A program made the translations under genes and the position numbers. Under the pieces are notes generated by a model. It had not been told where the DNA came from. It did no database searches and saw only the letters and a program-made list of their open reading frames with translations. DNA of 64,000 bases from Candidatus Sulfomarinibacteraceae bacterium (lineage in GTDB: Bacteria; Acidobacteriota; Thermoanaerobaculia; Thermoanaerobaculales; Sulfomarinibacteraceae). Numbering within the stretch: position 1 is the first letter of the stretch; every line of letters begins with the position of its first letter. The stretch spans positions 32,001 to 96,000 of the forward strand of contig CAWCLO010000003.1 of assembly GCA_963796455.1 (NCBI GenBank). The letters are read 5' to 3'. This document shows, one piece after another, positions 1 through 10,294 of the stretch.

Positions 1-2123
1 GCTGCTCCACGGCAAAGACCAGGACAGCTACGACTGGACCCTCTCGGGCCCCGGCGGTTCGGGATCCTCTCTCAAGGACGACTCGACCCAGAACCCCGAG
101 TTCGTGCCGGATGTTTCCGGCCATTACGTGGTTGAAGTGACCGACGGTGACAGCAAGGAACTGTTGACCATGTCGGTCTATGCCGGCACATGGCTCGGTG
201 TGATCGTCGGTCAGGACGAGGATGGTCGACCCGTTTCCGACAGCGCGTGCTTGGGGTGCCACAACGACAAGGTCGCCGAGGACACCTTTGCGCTGTGGTC
301 CCAGACCGGCCACGCCGAGATCCTGACCAACAACCTCAACACCAGCACCCACTACGGTGAAAACTGTTTTGCCTGCCACACCGTCGGCTTCGACCACACC
401 GCCGACAACGACGGGATCGACGAGGCAAGCGACTACCAGGCCTTCCTCGATTCCGGGCTGATCAACAACCCCGGCGACAACTGGACGATGATGCTCGAAC
501 AGTATCCGCACTCGGCCCGCAAGGCCAACATCCAGTGTGAGAACTGCCACGGCCCGCAGACGGGCGGCGCCCACCTGCCGGCAGACCCCGATGGCACACC
601 TCGGGTGAGCCTGTCATCCGACGTCTGCGCAACCTGCCACGGCGAGCCCCTGCGACACGCCCGCTTCCAGCAGTGGCAGCTCAGTCCCCACGCCAACTAC
701 GAGCTGGCGATCGACGAGAGCTCCAGCGGCAGCTGCTCGCGCTGCCACACGGGCAATGGCTTCTTGGCATGGCTGCCGGTCTTGACCGGTGAGGAACCGG
801 GCGACCCGCTCGACAACGTCGAAGTCACCTGGACCGAGGATGAGGCCCATCCTCAGACCTGCCAGACCTGTCACGATCCGCATGCGATCGGATCCACGAC
901 CGGCACCAGCACCAACGCAACGGTTCGGATCAGCGGCGACACGCCACCGCTCATCGCCGGGTTCACCGCAACCGACGTCGGCCGCGGCGCCATCTGCATG
1001 ACCTGTCATAACAGCCGCCGAGGCCTCCGCAACGACGACACCTTCAACGATTTCTACGGCACCTCGGAGGCCGCACGTGCACCCCACGGCGGTGTTCAGG
1101 CCGATGTGTTAATGGGGCAAAACGCCTATATCGTCGACGTCGGGCAGCGCGCCAATCACTCGCTGACCGCGAATGTCCAGGACACCTGCGTCACCTGCCA
1201 CATGGAGGAGACAGAGCCACCGCCGGATCTGGCCTATAACAAAGGCGGAACCAACCATACTTTCTACGCCTCGAAGGACATCTGTCAGAACTGCCACGAG
1301 AATCTGGATGCGTCCACGATCCAGGGTCCGATCGAAGAACAGATGAACGAGCTCAAAGCGATGGTCGAGAACGGTCTTTATGACCTGATCGACCAACAGA
1401 CCGAAGCGGGGAATTCCATCGACGTCAACGGCAACGCGATGATCACCGACGCAAGTCAGATCGCCGCCATCGATTTCGGCGAGACCCGGGGCCGCCAGGC
1501 AATGGCCATCGACTTTCACCGACGGTACGTCGGTCGGGTTGACCCGTATGACTGATATCGACGTCGTACCGCCGGCTGGTTCATCGTTCCCCATCTACAA
1601 CGTCGCCAACCCATTCCTCATCAAGGCGGGGTGGAACTGGAACACTCCTGCATACAATGATGGCAGCCTCGGCGTCCACAATCCCCTCTTTGCCTTCGAC
1701 ATCCTCAGCCAATCGATGGACGCGCTGACCAGCGGGCTCGAGCCCTGCGCTCCGGACGCCGACACCATGTGTCTCCAGGGTGGACGTTTCAAGGTCGAGG
1801 TGTCCTGGATGGATCACCAGGGCAACACCGGATCGGGCGCGGTCACGGAATGCGGGTCGGACGACTCGGGCATCTTCTACTTCTTCAATGAGCAGAATTG
1901 GGAAATGCTCGTCAAGGTCCTCGACGGTTGCGCCAACAACGACCACTACTGGGTCTTTTACGCGGCAACCACCAACGTCCAGTTCACGACCAGGGTGACC
2001 GACACCCTGACCGGCATGGTCAAGACCTATGGCAAGAGCGGAGTGAGCATCGACTACGACAATCCGCTCGGTCAATCGGCAGATGCGGTAACGGATACCA
2101 CTGCCTTCGCGACCTGCCCATAA
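1..2123 (+). CDS. Multiheme c-type cytochrome (at least 9 CxxCH), 5'-truncated by the window edge, frameshifted near 1515, ending in a conserved Acidobacteria-type C-terminal domain
   Basis: Frame open from base 2. Motifs CLGCH, CFACH, CENCH, CATCH, CSRCH, CQTCH, CMTCH, CVTCH, CQNCH. Removing one base in gactttcacc (about 1514-1517) joins ORF 104-1555 to ORF 1539-2123 (AIDFTDGTSVGLTRMTD...DGSLGVHNP...AFATCP). Confidence 0.85.
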
Positions 2124-2140
2124 AACCAACTCCAAACCGA

Positions 2141-2170
2141 AAAAGCCGCCGCAAGGCGGCTTTTTCTTTT
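2141..2170 (+). terminator. Rho-independent terminator
   Basis: aaaagccgcc-gcaa-ggcggctttt followed by a T-rich tract, just after the stop at 2123. Confidence 0.85.
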
Positions 2171-2293
2171 TGTGAGGTGGCGCTACCGAGCAGTCCGATG
2201 GAGACCATGGACCCAGGCAACCGGCATTTTTTGCGGTGCCCGTTGGTTGTCAGAACGGTGGCGTCGATTTCCGATCGATCTCAAAGGAAGAAA

Positions 2294-4138
2294 ATGAGCA
2301 CAGATCCCGGCCTCAAACCGACAACCCGCGACCGCAGCAAAATCTCCACCGAGTGGACCTGGGACCTCAGTCACATCTATGCCGACTGGGCGAGCTGGGA
2401 ATCAGATCTTGACCGTCTCCAGCAAATGATGGGGGCCTACCAGGATCTCAAAGGCACCCTCGCGGAAGGATCTCAGAGAATCCTCGAGGCGAGCCGAATG
2501 TCCGATGAGCTCGGCCAACTCGCGTACCGGGTCTATCAATATCCCGGTCTGATGCAGAGCCAGGACACCCGCGACAACACGGTCCAGGGCCGCCTCGAAC
2601 AGGTTCGCCTGGCATTGGCCGCGTTCCGGCAGGCGACCGCGTGGTACACACCCGAGTTGCTCGAGATCTCCGAGGAGACCATGGCGGGCTGGCTCGACGA
2701 CACACCGGATCTCGCTCCCTACCGATTCGGTATCGAGGAGAGCTACCGGATGCAGAACCACGTCCTCGACGAGGATGGCGAACGGCTGCTCGCTTTTGCC
2801 TCGACCTTCAACGGCACGCCATCGCAGACCTACTCGATGCTGGCTGATGCCGACGTCAGCTTCCCCACCGTCACGCTTTCAGACGGCAGCGAGCTGGTGG
2901 CGAGCCACGCCAACTACTCCAACGGCCTGCACTCACTGCGCAAGCAGGAGGATCGGGAGACCCTCTTCAAGGCCCACTTTTCGGTCTTCGACGATTTTCC
3001 CAACGCCTATGCCGCAATCTACAACGGAATCCTGCAACGAGACTGGTTCACCGCCCGCGCCCGGCGCTATGAATCGGCTCTCGATGCAAAACTCGACGAC
3101 GACAATATCCCGCTATCGGTTGTCGAGAACCTGATCACGACCGCCCGTTCAGGACACCAACCTCTTCGTCGGTATCATCAGCTGCGTAAAAAAACACTGA
3201 GCCTCCAGCAATACCGCTACTTCGACGCCTACCTGCCGTTGGTCGAGTCGGACTGGCCGCTGCCCTATGGCGCCGTCGGCGAAATCCTCGTTCAGTCGTT
3301 GGCGGTGTTCGGTACGGATTATCAGCACACCGTCGAGCGCGCCTTCGACGAGCGCTGGATCGATGTTTATGAAAATGAGGGCAAACGTTCGGGAGCGTTT
3401 TCGGCCGGAGTTTACGGCGTCCACCCCTACATGCTGCTCAACTATGCCGACACCTTGAACGACGCCTTCACCGTCGCCCACGAGATGGGCCACACCATGC
3501 ACACCGTACTTTCGAATGAGACTCAGCCCTTCGCCACTTCCTCGTACTCGATCTTTGTCGCCGAGGTGGCCTCGATGACCAACGAGTCCTTCTTCCGCGA
3601 CCGTCTGTTGGCCGAAGAATCGGATCCGCTCCGCCGCATCGCGCTGTTGCAACACGCCATCGACGACATCGCCGCCGGGTTTTATCGGCAGGCGATGTTT
3701 GCCGATTTCGAACTGCGCGCCCACCAGGAGGTCGAGGAGGGCCGCCCGATCACCGCGGAAGTTCTGCAATCCACCTATCTCGGTGTGCTCGAGGGCTTTT
3801 TTGGTGACGCGCTCGACGATCAGGAGTGGTACCGCAATACCTGGGCCAGAATCCCCCACTTCTTCGGTTCGCCGTATTACGTGTTCCAGTACGCGACCTC
3901 GAAGGCGGCGGCGAGCCTGCTCCATCAGCGAATGACCAGTGGCAGTGAGGCCTCGCGGGCGACGACCGTTGACTCCTACCTTGATCTCCTGCGATCCGGC
4001 GGCAACGACCACCCCGTCAATCAGCTGCAAAAGGCCGGTGTCGACATGAACACCACCGAGCCCACCGAGGCCCTCGTGGCCGAGATGGACGGGTTGGTCA
4101 ATCAGTTGGAGGAGGAGTTGGGGAAGCTCGAAGGTTGA
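2294..4138 (+). CDS. pepF: Oligoendopeptidase F (peptidase M3B)
   Basis: TWDLSHIY N-terminus, GKRSGAFS, HEMGH zinc motif, WARIPHF, YYVFQYATS; ATG 2294 preceded by aaggaag. Confidence 0.93.
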   Translation: MSTDPGLKPTTRDRSKISTEWTWDLSHIYADWASWESDLDRLQQMMGAYQDLKGTLAEGSQRILEASRMSDELGQLAYRVYQYPGLMQSQDTRDNTVQGRLEQVRLALAAFRQATAWYTPELLEISEETMAGWLDDTPDLAPYRFGIEESYRMQNHVLDEDGERLLAFASTFNGTPSQTYSMLADADVSFPTVTLSDGSELVASHANYSNGLHSLRKQEDRETLFKAHFSVFDDFPNAYAAIYNGILQRDWFTARARRYESALDAKLDDDNIPLSVVENLITTARSGHQPLRRYHQLRKKTLSLQQYRYFDAYLPLVESDWPLPYGAVGEILVQSLAVFGTDYQHTVERAFDERWIDVYENEGKRSGAFSAGVYGVHPYMLLNYADTLNDAFTVAHEMGHTMHTVLSNETQPFATSSYSIFVAEVASMTNESFFRDRLLAEESDPLRRIALLQHAIDDIAAGFYRQAMFADFELRAHQEVEEGRPITAEVLQSTYLGVLEGFFGDALDDQEWYRNTWARIPHFFGSPYYVFQYATSKAAASLLHQRMTSGSEASRATTVDSYLDLLRSGGNDHPVNQLQKAGVDMNTTEPTEALVAEMDGLVNQLEEELGKLEG

Positions 4139-4204
4139 TGCAGGACGCAGGACGCAGGACGCAGGACGCAGGATGCTGGATGCTGGATGCTGGATGCTGG
4201 ATGC
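4139..4204. repeat. Heptamer tandem array, (GCAGGAC)4 grading into (GCTGGAT)n
   Basis: Directly visible after the pepF stop; reverse-complement units (TATCCAG, GATCCAG, CATCC) at about 5144-5162. Confidence 0.9.
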
Positions 4205-4506
4205 GCCAAAGGCGACTATTCCTGTCCCTCCCCCGTCAATCTGGGGGGTGGGGGGCGGATCCAGTATCGAGTATCACTGCTGTCCAAAACAGATCGTCAC
4301 CTGAAGTTACCCACCTGACAACACGTGGTTTACGGGTTGGTTTTTGGCATATCCGGTTCGCGGTTGGCACGTACCCGTTCCCGATCCCGAATTGCAGCGG
4401 CAGCGACAGTGTCCAGCGTCAGCGACAGGCAACAGCGAACAGGGACAGCGGTCAGTGTTCAGCGACGGAGAGCAGCGGCAGCGGTCAGGAGTACAGGCGA
4501 CGAAGT

Positions 4507-4642
4507 GGCCACCACCGGGTCGTTCAACAGAAGAGGTAGCCGGTGGGCGGCCGATGTCAAGGACAGGCAGGGTGCAGGGCATCCTTGACATCGGCCACCA
4601 CACCGGCTTGTGGGTATGGGCATGAACGACCCGGAGGTGACC
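4507..4642 (+). promoter_or_regulatory. Nested long hairpin in the leader of the four-helix-bundle gene, occluding the RBS
   Basis: 4507-4526 pairs with 4623-4642 (18/20, includes GGAGG); 4538-4545 with 4601-4608; 4549-4563 with 4582-4596 (15/15). Confidence 0.75.
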
Positions 4643-4997
4643 ATGTCCTCAGCCGCCACGAACACCAAACTCGTTGCCCACTCGAAAGCACTCGAAGCCG
4701 CAGGAATCGCGATCAAGCTCGTGATGAGGGTTCCAGCTCCTCTGAAGTCGATAGCCGATCAGGTGATCCGGTCGGCAAGTTCGCTCCCTGCGAATCTGGC
4801 AGAAGGGCACGGCCGGTTCGGTAGAGACCGGTCGAACCACTGGAGGATCGCCTACGCCTCGGCCAAAGAGGTCGACAGCCACTTGCAGCTTCTCGCTCAC
4901 GCCGGGGCGATCAGCCCGACATGGAGCCAGTAGAGCGATGAACGCCTTTGATCAGGTGCGTGCAATGACTTGGAGATTGCTCAACCCGAAGTCTTGA
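4643..4997 (+). CDS. Four helix bundle protein (23S rRNA IVS protein / Avd-like family), one extra base near 4916
   Basis: DQVIRSASSLPANLAEGHGR...WRIAYASAKEVDSHL signature; removing one C in agcccga gives 117 aa colinear with the intact paralog at 59121-59474. Confidence 0.85.
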
Positions 4998-5173
4998 TTT
5001 CAGGGCCCCATGCCAGTCAAACGTGACGCTGACTTCTGTTCGCTGACGCTGAACACTGATTGCTGTTCCCTGTCCCTGACGCTGATCGCTGTCGCCGTCC
5101 CTGAACGCCAGCCGAGACTCTGTCTTGGACAAGAGTGATCTAGTATCCAGGATCCAGCATCCGGAACCAGAAG

Positions 5174-6346
5174 CTATTTCTGCTTGTGCTTCCGCGTGCC
5201 TTCGTACATCTCGAACTTGAGCAAGCGGCACTCGATGGGGCCGTTCCACAACGGGATGCGGCGGGCCGGTTTGAGACCGATGCTCTTGGCCAGACGCGGT
5301 TCGCCGGCGAGGATCCAGGCGGTGGCTCCGGTCGCCTGGTTTTTGAGGCTGTCACCAAAACGGCGGTACAGCCCAAAAAGCTTTTCCACCTCGCTGATCC
5401 GTTTCCCGTAGGGGGGATTGGCGACGATCACGCCACCCGAGCCCCAGGGCAGCTGCAGATCCAACGCGTCGCGTTGCTCCAACTCCACCGCCCGTTCCAT
5501 CCAGGCCGCCTTGAGGTTTCGTTCGGTGGCGCGAAGCGAACGGGCGGCACGGTCGCGAGCCAGAATGGGTTGCGGCGCTTCGCGGTGGCCGTGACTCGCC
5601 TCTCGCGTCACCTCCTCGAAATTCAACAACTCGTGGACCTGCCAGCGTTCGAAGGCAAAGGCCCGATGCAGACCGGGAGGGGTCTTGGTTGCGATCAAGG
5701 CGCCTTCGACGGCAAAGGTCCCGGTGCCGCACATGGGATCGAGCAGCGGCTCGGAGCCATCGTAGCCCGCCATCAGGAGGATCCCGGCGGCCAGGGTCTC
5801 GGCCAGCGGGGCCGGGCCGCCGCGCGGGCGATATCCACGATGGGACAGGGGCTCACCCGAAGAATCCAGGCTCAGGGTGACCGGCCCACGCTCGGCGAGC
5901 CGAAGATGGATCCTGATATCCGGATCATCGCGATCCACATCCGGACGCCGACCCCCGTGTTTTGATCGCAGCCGGTCCACAACCGCATCCTTGACCACTT
6001 GACCTGCAAAGGTCGTGTTCCGGAACTCGCAGTGTTTTCCCACCACCTCGACGGCCAGGGTCTGGCCTTTTTTGAACACCTCTTCCCAGGCAACCGACGC
6101 CGCGAGATCGTAGAGGTCTTTTCTGGAGCCCACCGCCCCTTTGACGAGCGGTACCAGAATCCGCATGGCCGTACGAATTCGGAGATTGACCTGATAGACG
6201 GTTCGGAGATCACCCGCAAAACCGACCGAGCCCCGGTCGGGCGCCACCGCCGACACACCGAGGTCCCGCAACTCGTCCGCCAATACGCCTTCGAGGCCAC
6301 GTGCGCAAGTCGCCACGAGAGCCTGTTCGATACCGATCTTAATCAT
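5174..6346 (-). CDS. THUMP-domain class I SAM-dependent RNA methyltransferase (RlmL/YpsC-like)
   Basis: GLEGVLADEL, LSHRGYR, APLAETLAAG, DPMCGTGT, NPPYG motifs. Confidence 0.9.
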   Translation of the reverse strand: MIKIGIEQALVATCARGLEGVLADELRDLGVSAVAPDRGSVGFAGDLRTVYQVNLRIRTAMRILVPLVKGAVGSRKDLYDLAASVAWEEVFKKGQTLAVEVVGKHCEFRNTTFAGQVVKDAVVDRLRSKHGGRRPDVDRDDPDIRIHLRLAERGPVTLSLDSSGEPLSHRGYRPRGGPAPLAETLAAGILLMAGYDGSEPLLDPMCGTGTFAVEGALIATKTPPGLHRAFAFERWQVHELLNFEEVTREASHGHREAPQPILARDRAARSLRATERNLKAAWMERAVELEQRDALDLQLPWGSGGVIVANPPYGKRISEVEKLFGLYRRFGDSLKNQATGATAWILAGEPRLAKSIGLKPARRIPLWNGPIECRLLKFEMYEGTRKHKQK

Positions 6347-7385
6347 GGGCAATCCACTCCTCCGGCATCCCGGGAGCCTGTTGAACCAGAAACTCCGCAA
6401 GGAGACGACATCCGGTTTCGGTCAGATGGAGGCCGTCCATATAGGTCTGTTGTTCGGTCATTCGCAGATTGAGCAAATTCGTCCTGAAGTCGAAATACTC
6501 GACTCCCGCCTCGGCTATAATCGCCTCCCACACCTGTGTCAACTCGGGGTCATGGTACATCTCGAACGCGTGGGGGACGACGACGGTGGAAAATCTGGCG
6601 CCGCGGCTCTCCACCAGCGATTCCATCCGTTCGAGCAGACGGACGGCAACAAGCCTGGATTCCTCTTCCGCGATGCACCGGTCGCCGATCCAATTCGGCA
6701 GCCACTCGCTCCCCTGCGGACCCATGTGAAAGACATTCCAGGCCCAGGACCCGAGCGGGCTCGAATCGAGGTGGTTGCGAGCATCATTGGCCCTGATGGG
6801 AACCCCGGTGAGGGCAATCCCATCGCCGTCCGGCACGAAGAGCGGTTTACGTTTCCCCTCGCCGCGATTGCAGTTGATATTCCACAGATCATTGTCGGAA
6901 CAGACCACGAGAATGACCCACCTCAACTCAGGCAACAGATCCAAGCTCTGCTGCAAACGAATGTAGCTCTGGTCGGTGCCGTAGCCCGGCGCAGCGAGAT
7001 TCTGAACCTGGATTCCGCGCGGTTTGACCATTGTTTCCATCCAACCGGACGGGGTATCGCCGTTGCTGTGACCGAGCCCGAACGCCACCGAGTCGCCGAG
7101 CAGCGCGATGGTCGGAACGCCCGCCATCACCTCGGAGGATCGAAACCCCGACGAGTTGATTCGAACCTCTCCGTGACCGTGGGTGAAGTGGCCGGCGATG
7201 GGCGCCCACCCAAGCACGGGGTCAAAGCGAATTGCCGCGCCGTCGAGGATGCCCCCGTTTCGAATCCGAAACCAATGCACGCCCTCGATGACCGCGATGA
7301 CGAACACGAAAGAGAACACCGCAACCAGAAGAGAAAAGAGGAGCTTGAAGAGCTTCGACGAGAAGATACGCCGTGCAGTCACCAC
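6339..7385 (-). CDS. Membrane-anchored SGNH/GDSL hydrolase-like protein
   Basis: N-terminal TM helix; LLGDSVAFG, NLAAPGYGTDQ, DGLH motifs. Confidence 0.75.
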   Translation of the reverse strand: MVTARRIFSSKLFKLLFSLLVAVFSFVFVIAVIEGVHWFRIRNGGILDGAAIRFDPVLGWAPIAGHFTHGHGEVRINSSGFRSSEVMAGVPTIALLGDSVAFGLGHSNGDTPSGWMETMVKPRGIQVQNLAAPGYGTDQSYIRLQQSLDLLPELRWVILVVCSDNDLWNINCNRGEGKRKPLFVPDGDGIALTGVPIRANDARNHLDSSPLGSWAWNVFHMGPQGSEWLPNWIGDRCIAEEESRLVAVRLLERMESLVESRGARFSTVVVPHAFEMYHDPELTQVWEAIIAEAGVEYFDFRTNLLNLRMTEQQTYMDGLHLTETGCRLLAEFLVQQAPGMPEEWIAHD

Positions 7386-7766
7386 TCACCTTTCGATGAA
7401 CTCGATGGCGTAGCCATCCGGGTCCTTGACGAAGGCGATGACGGTGGTTCCGTGTTTCATCGGTCCCGGTTCGCGAGTCACCTCACCACCATACTCCCGT
7501 ACCCGGCCACAGGCGCCGACGATATCCTTGGCACCGATCGCAATGTGGCCGAAACCGGATCCGAGCTCGTAGCTCGAAGTCTCCCAGTTATGAGTCAACT
7601 CGATGACCGCGTTTGATTCTTCATCGCCGTATCCGACGAAGGCAAGGGTAAATTTGCCCTCGGGGTAGTCGTGTTTGCGCAACAGTTTCATCCCGAGCGC
7701 CTCGGTGTAGAAGGCGATCGATTTCTCCAAATCGCCGACTCGAATCATGGTGTGCAACAGCCTCAT
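7386..7766 (-). CDS. gloA: Lactoylglutathione lyase (glyoxalase I)
   Basis: [44 protein letters not shown]. Confidence 0.96.
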   Translation of the reverse strand: MRLLHTMIRVGDLEKSIAFYTEALGMKLLRKHDYPEGKFTLAFVGYGDEESNAVIELTHNWETSSYELGSGFGHIAIGAKDIVGACGRVREYGGEVTREPGPMKHGTTVIAFVKDPDGYAIEFIER

Positions 7767-7840
7767 CGCATCCTCCTCAACCCAGATTTGAGATTCGCGT
7801 TGTGCTCCGGCCCACCGACCAGAGGGGCACGCACGGATTG

Positions 7841-7876
7841 AAACTCAAAACCCATAACTCATAACTCAAAACTCAA
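7841..7876. repeat. Heptamer array (AACTCAA/AACTCAT)
   Basis: aaactcaaaacccataactcataactcaaaactcaa at the pfk stop. Confidence 0.75.
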
Positions 7877-9078
7877 TAGTCGCTCGTCATGATAAACACC
7901 GGCGCACCCTCGAAGCGGGTGTATTTCGGACGCAGACGATCGGTGTTGTAAAACTTGCCGACATCCAGCACCTTTTTCCGACTCGTCACGACCTCGATCG
8001 GAACGTTGTCGTAGCGACCGTTGCGGATGTTGATCAACCGCCCGGCCTTTCCTTCGAGGATCAGATCCATCGCCAGGTTGCCAAAGGCCATCGGAACCAC
8101 CGAGTCGAGGGCATCCGGATCACCCGATCGCACCAGATAACCGAGGCGCTGGTTGATCACGTTGACCCGATGTCCGTTGTTGTACTTCGGAGAGATCTCC
8201 TTGAGCACCCGCGCCACCCGATCACCGATACCGCCGAGCTTTTTGTGGCCGAACATGTCTTTCTCGTGGTCCTCGAAGACCATGTCTCCCTGGCCCGTGA
8301 AGGTCGCGCCCTCAGAGACCAGCACGACGCTGTAGTTGGAGGAGTTCTTGTCACGGTCGTAGGACAGCATTTCGCAAAGGTGGTCGATGTCGAAAGTGTG
8401 CTCAGGAATCACGCAGCGGTTTCCGGCACCCGCCATGGTGGGCAGCAGCGCGGTGAAACCCGCGTAACGTCCAAAGACCTCGATCACGAGGAAGCGTTCG
8501 TGGCTGCCGGCCGAGGTCCGGAGCGCGTGTGTCATGGCGATCGTTCGAGTGACGCAGGTGGAAAAACCGATGCAGTAGTCGGTGCCCGGAACATCATTGT
8601 CCATGGTTTTCGGGATGGCGATGACCGGCACCCCTTTTTCATGCAAATGAACCCCATAGGACAGGGTGTCATCGCCACCGATCGGAATCAGGGTATCGAT
8701 CCCGAGGTGTTCGATATTGGCGAGCACTTCAGCTGTGAGATCGTTGGTTTCGCCCGTGAAACTGTCGCGGAGGTGATCTGGAACCGCCGTCTGCGGGACA
8801 TGTGAGGGCCGCGTCCGCGAGCTGTGGAGAAAGGTCCCGCCGGTGCGTCCGACCCGGTTGACGACCTCCTCGGTCAGATTCATGACAAAATCGGATCCAT
8901 TCTTCCGATCGCGGTCCATTTCGATCAATCCCGCCCAACCGCGGCGGATCCCGAGAACCCGGTAGCCCTCGCGGAGCGCACGAACGGTGACCGCACGGAT
9001 GGCAGGATTCAAACCGGGCACGTCGCCGCCACCGGTGAGGATGCCGATCGTTCCCTTGATTTTGTTGATGTTCGCCAT
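7873..9078 (-). CDS. pfkA: 6-phosphofructokinase family, likely pyrophosphate-dependent
   Basis: LTGGGDVPGLN, GGTFLHSSR, GGDDT, PKTMDND, EVFGR. Confidence 0.9.
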   Translation of the reverse strand: MANINKIKGTIGILTGGGDVPGLNPAIRAVTVRALREGYRVLGIRRGWAGLIEMDRDRKNGSDFVMNLTEEVVNRVGRTGGTFLHSSRTRPSHVPQTAVPDHLRDSFTGETNDLTAEVLANIEHLGIDTLIPIGGDDTLSYGVHLHEKGVPVIAIPKTMDNDVPGTDYCIGFSTCVTRTIAMTHALRTSAGSHERFLVIEVFGRYAGFTALLPTMAGAGNRCVIPEHTFDIDHLCEMLSYDRDKNSSNYSVVLVSEGATFTGQGDMVFEDHEKDMFGHKKLGGIGDRVARVLKEISPKYNNGHRVNVINQRLGYLVRSGDPDALDSVVPMAFGNLAMDLILEGKAGRLINIRNGRYDNVPIEVVTSRKKVLDVGKFYNTDRLRPKYTRFEGAPVFIMTSDY

Positions 9079-9158
9079 AGATGAAGCTCTCCTTGATTGT
9101 GTTCACTGACTGAGAATCGCACTCGTTGGGTGCAGATCCCCGTAGGTTTCGAGAAATG

Positions 9159-10190
9159 TTAAACGACGACCCTCCAACGGACCATCTCGCCGGCGCGAAG
9201 CGGCACCAGGTCATCCTCACCGAAAGCATAAGCCTCCGGGACCAACCAATCCACTTTTTCGAGGGTGAGGTGGCCGTTGTTGCGCGGCAGGCCATAGAAG
9301 TCGGGCCCGAAATGAGAGGCAAAATCCTCGAGCCGATCGAGCGCCCCGGCCTCATCGAAGACCTCGGCGTAGAGCTCGATCGCCGCGTGTGCGGAGAAGA
9401 TGCCGGCGCACCCGTGGGCTGCCTCCTTGGCGACCCGAGGGTGGGGTGCGCTGTCGGTGCCGAGAAAAAAGCGCGGGCTGCCGCTCGTGGCCGCCCACAA
9501 CAGGGCCTCGCGGTGGCGGCCGCGTTTGAGCACCGGGAGACAGTAGTGGTGAGGAGAAAGGCCGCCCTGAAATATCGCGTTGCGATCATAAAGAAGATGG
9601 TGCGGCGTAATCGTCGCCGCCACCGAACTCGGGCCATGTAGTACCCATTCCACCGCATCACGGGTGGTGATGTGTTCGAAAACGATCTTCAAGCCGGGAA
9701 GCCGAGCAACCAATTTCTCGAGCGTTCGATCGATAAATACCTTCTCACGATCAAAGACATCGATCCCGGGATCAGTGGATTCGCCATGAACAAGCAAAGG
9801 AAGCCCGTGTTCAGCCATTGCCTCGAGCGCCGGCATGACGCGATCGATTTCGGTGACCCCGGAATCGGAATTCGTGGTGGCGCCAGCGGGGTAGAGCTTG
9901 ACTGCAACCACCACATCGCCTGCGGCCGCCTGATCGATTTCATCACGTGACGTCAGATCGGTGAGATACAGGGTCATCAGGGGACAAAAATCCGACCCCT
10001 CCGGCAGAAGGTCCAGAATTCGCCGCCGATACGCATCCGCGTCGGCGGTCGTTGTGATCGGCGGCACCAGGTTCGGCATGACCACGGCGCGGGCAAAGGA
10101 ACGGGCCGAGTGCGCGACGATATCTTTGGTTCCCACGCCGTCGCGCAGGTGCAGGTGCCAATCGTCCGGACGCCTGATTGTCAGTTTCAT
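9159..10190 (-). CDS. pyrC: Dihydroorotase, homodimeric E. coli type
   Basis: [42 protein letters not shown]. Confidence 0.96.
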   Translation of the reverse strand: MKLTIRRPDDWHLHLRDGVGTKDIVAHSARSFARAVVMPNLVPPITTTADADAYRRRILDLLPEGSDFCPLMTLYLTDLTSRDEIDQAAAGDVVVAVKLYPAGATTNSDSGVTEIDRVMPALEAMAEHGLPLLVHGESTDPGIDVFDREKVFIDRTLEKLVARLPGLKIVFEHITTRDAVEWVLHGPSSVAATITPHHLLYDRNAIFQGGLSPHHYCLPVLKRGRHREALLWAATSGSPRFFLGTDSAPHPRVAKEAAHGCAGIFSAHAAIELYAEVFDEAGALDRLEDFASHFGPDFYGLPRNNGHLTLEKVDWLVPEAYAFGEDDLVPLRAGEMVRWRVVV

Positions 10191-10294
10191 CACAATCCCT
10201 CTCCGCATGATCGCATATTCCCCGATTCACATTCTGTGTCTGAAACCGAGCGAAATCGGATAGAATGCTGCGGCGACTAAATTTTGGTGAGGGC

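Larger units (their letters stand above)
4273..5139 (+). mobile_element. Putative four-helix-bundle element, copy A (gene-carrying, both terminal motifs)
   Basis: Imperfect terminal inverted repeat atcactgctgtccaaaacaga (4273-4293) / tctgtcttggacaagagtgat (5119-5139), 18/21 match; CAGCGN arrays; homology to four other loci in the window. Confidence 0.7.

Noticed and set aside
1898..2293. N-terminal extension of PepF as given in the ORF track; likewise extensions at 25720, 26766, 22568 and 59436
   Set aside because: They overlap upstream genes, terminators or repeats; better starts with an RBS or -10 element lie downstream.
4585..4620. Sigma70 promoter from the TTGACA in the leader hairpin
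   Set aside because: No acceptable -10 hexamer at 16-18 nt spacing.
4643..4997. Diversity-generating retroelement suggested by the Avd-like gene
   Set aside because: No reverse transcriptase and no template/variable repeat pair differing at adenines seen in the window.
4273..5139. Classical IS element
   Set aside because: No DDE, HUH or serine/tyrosine recombinase ORF and no evident target-site duplication.
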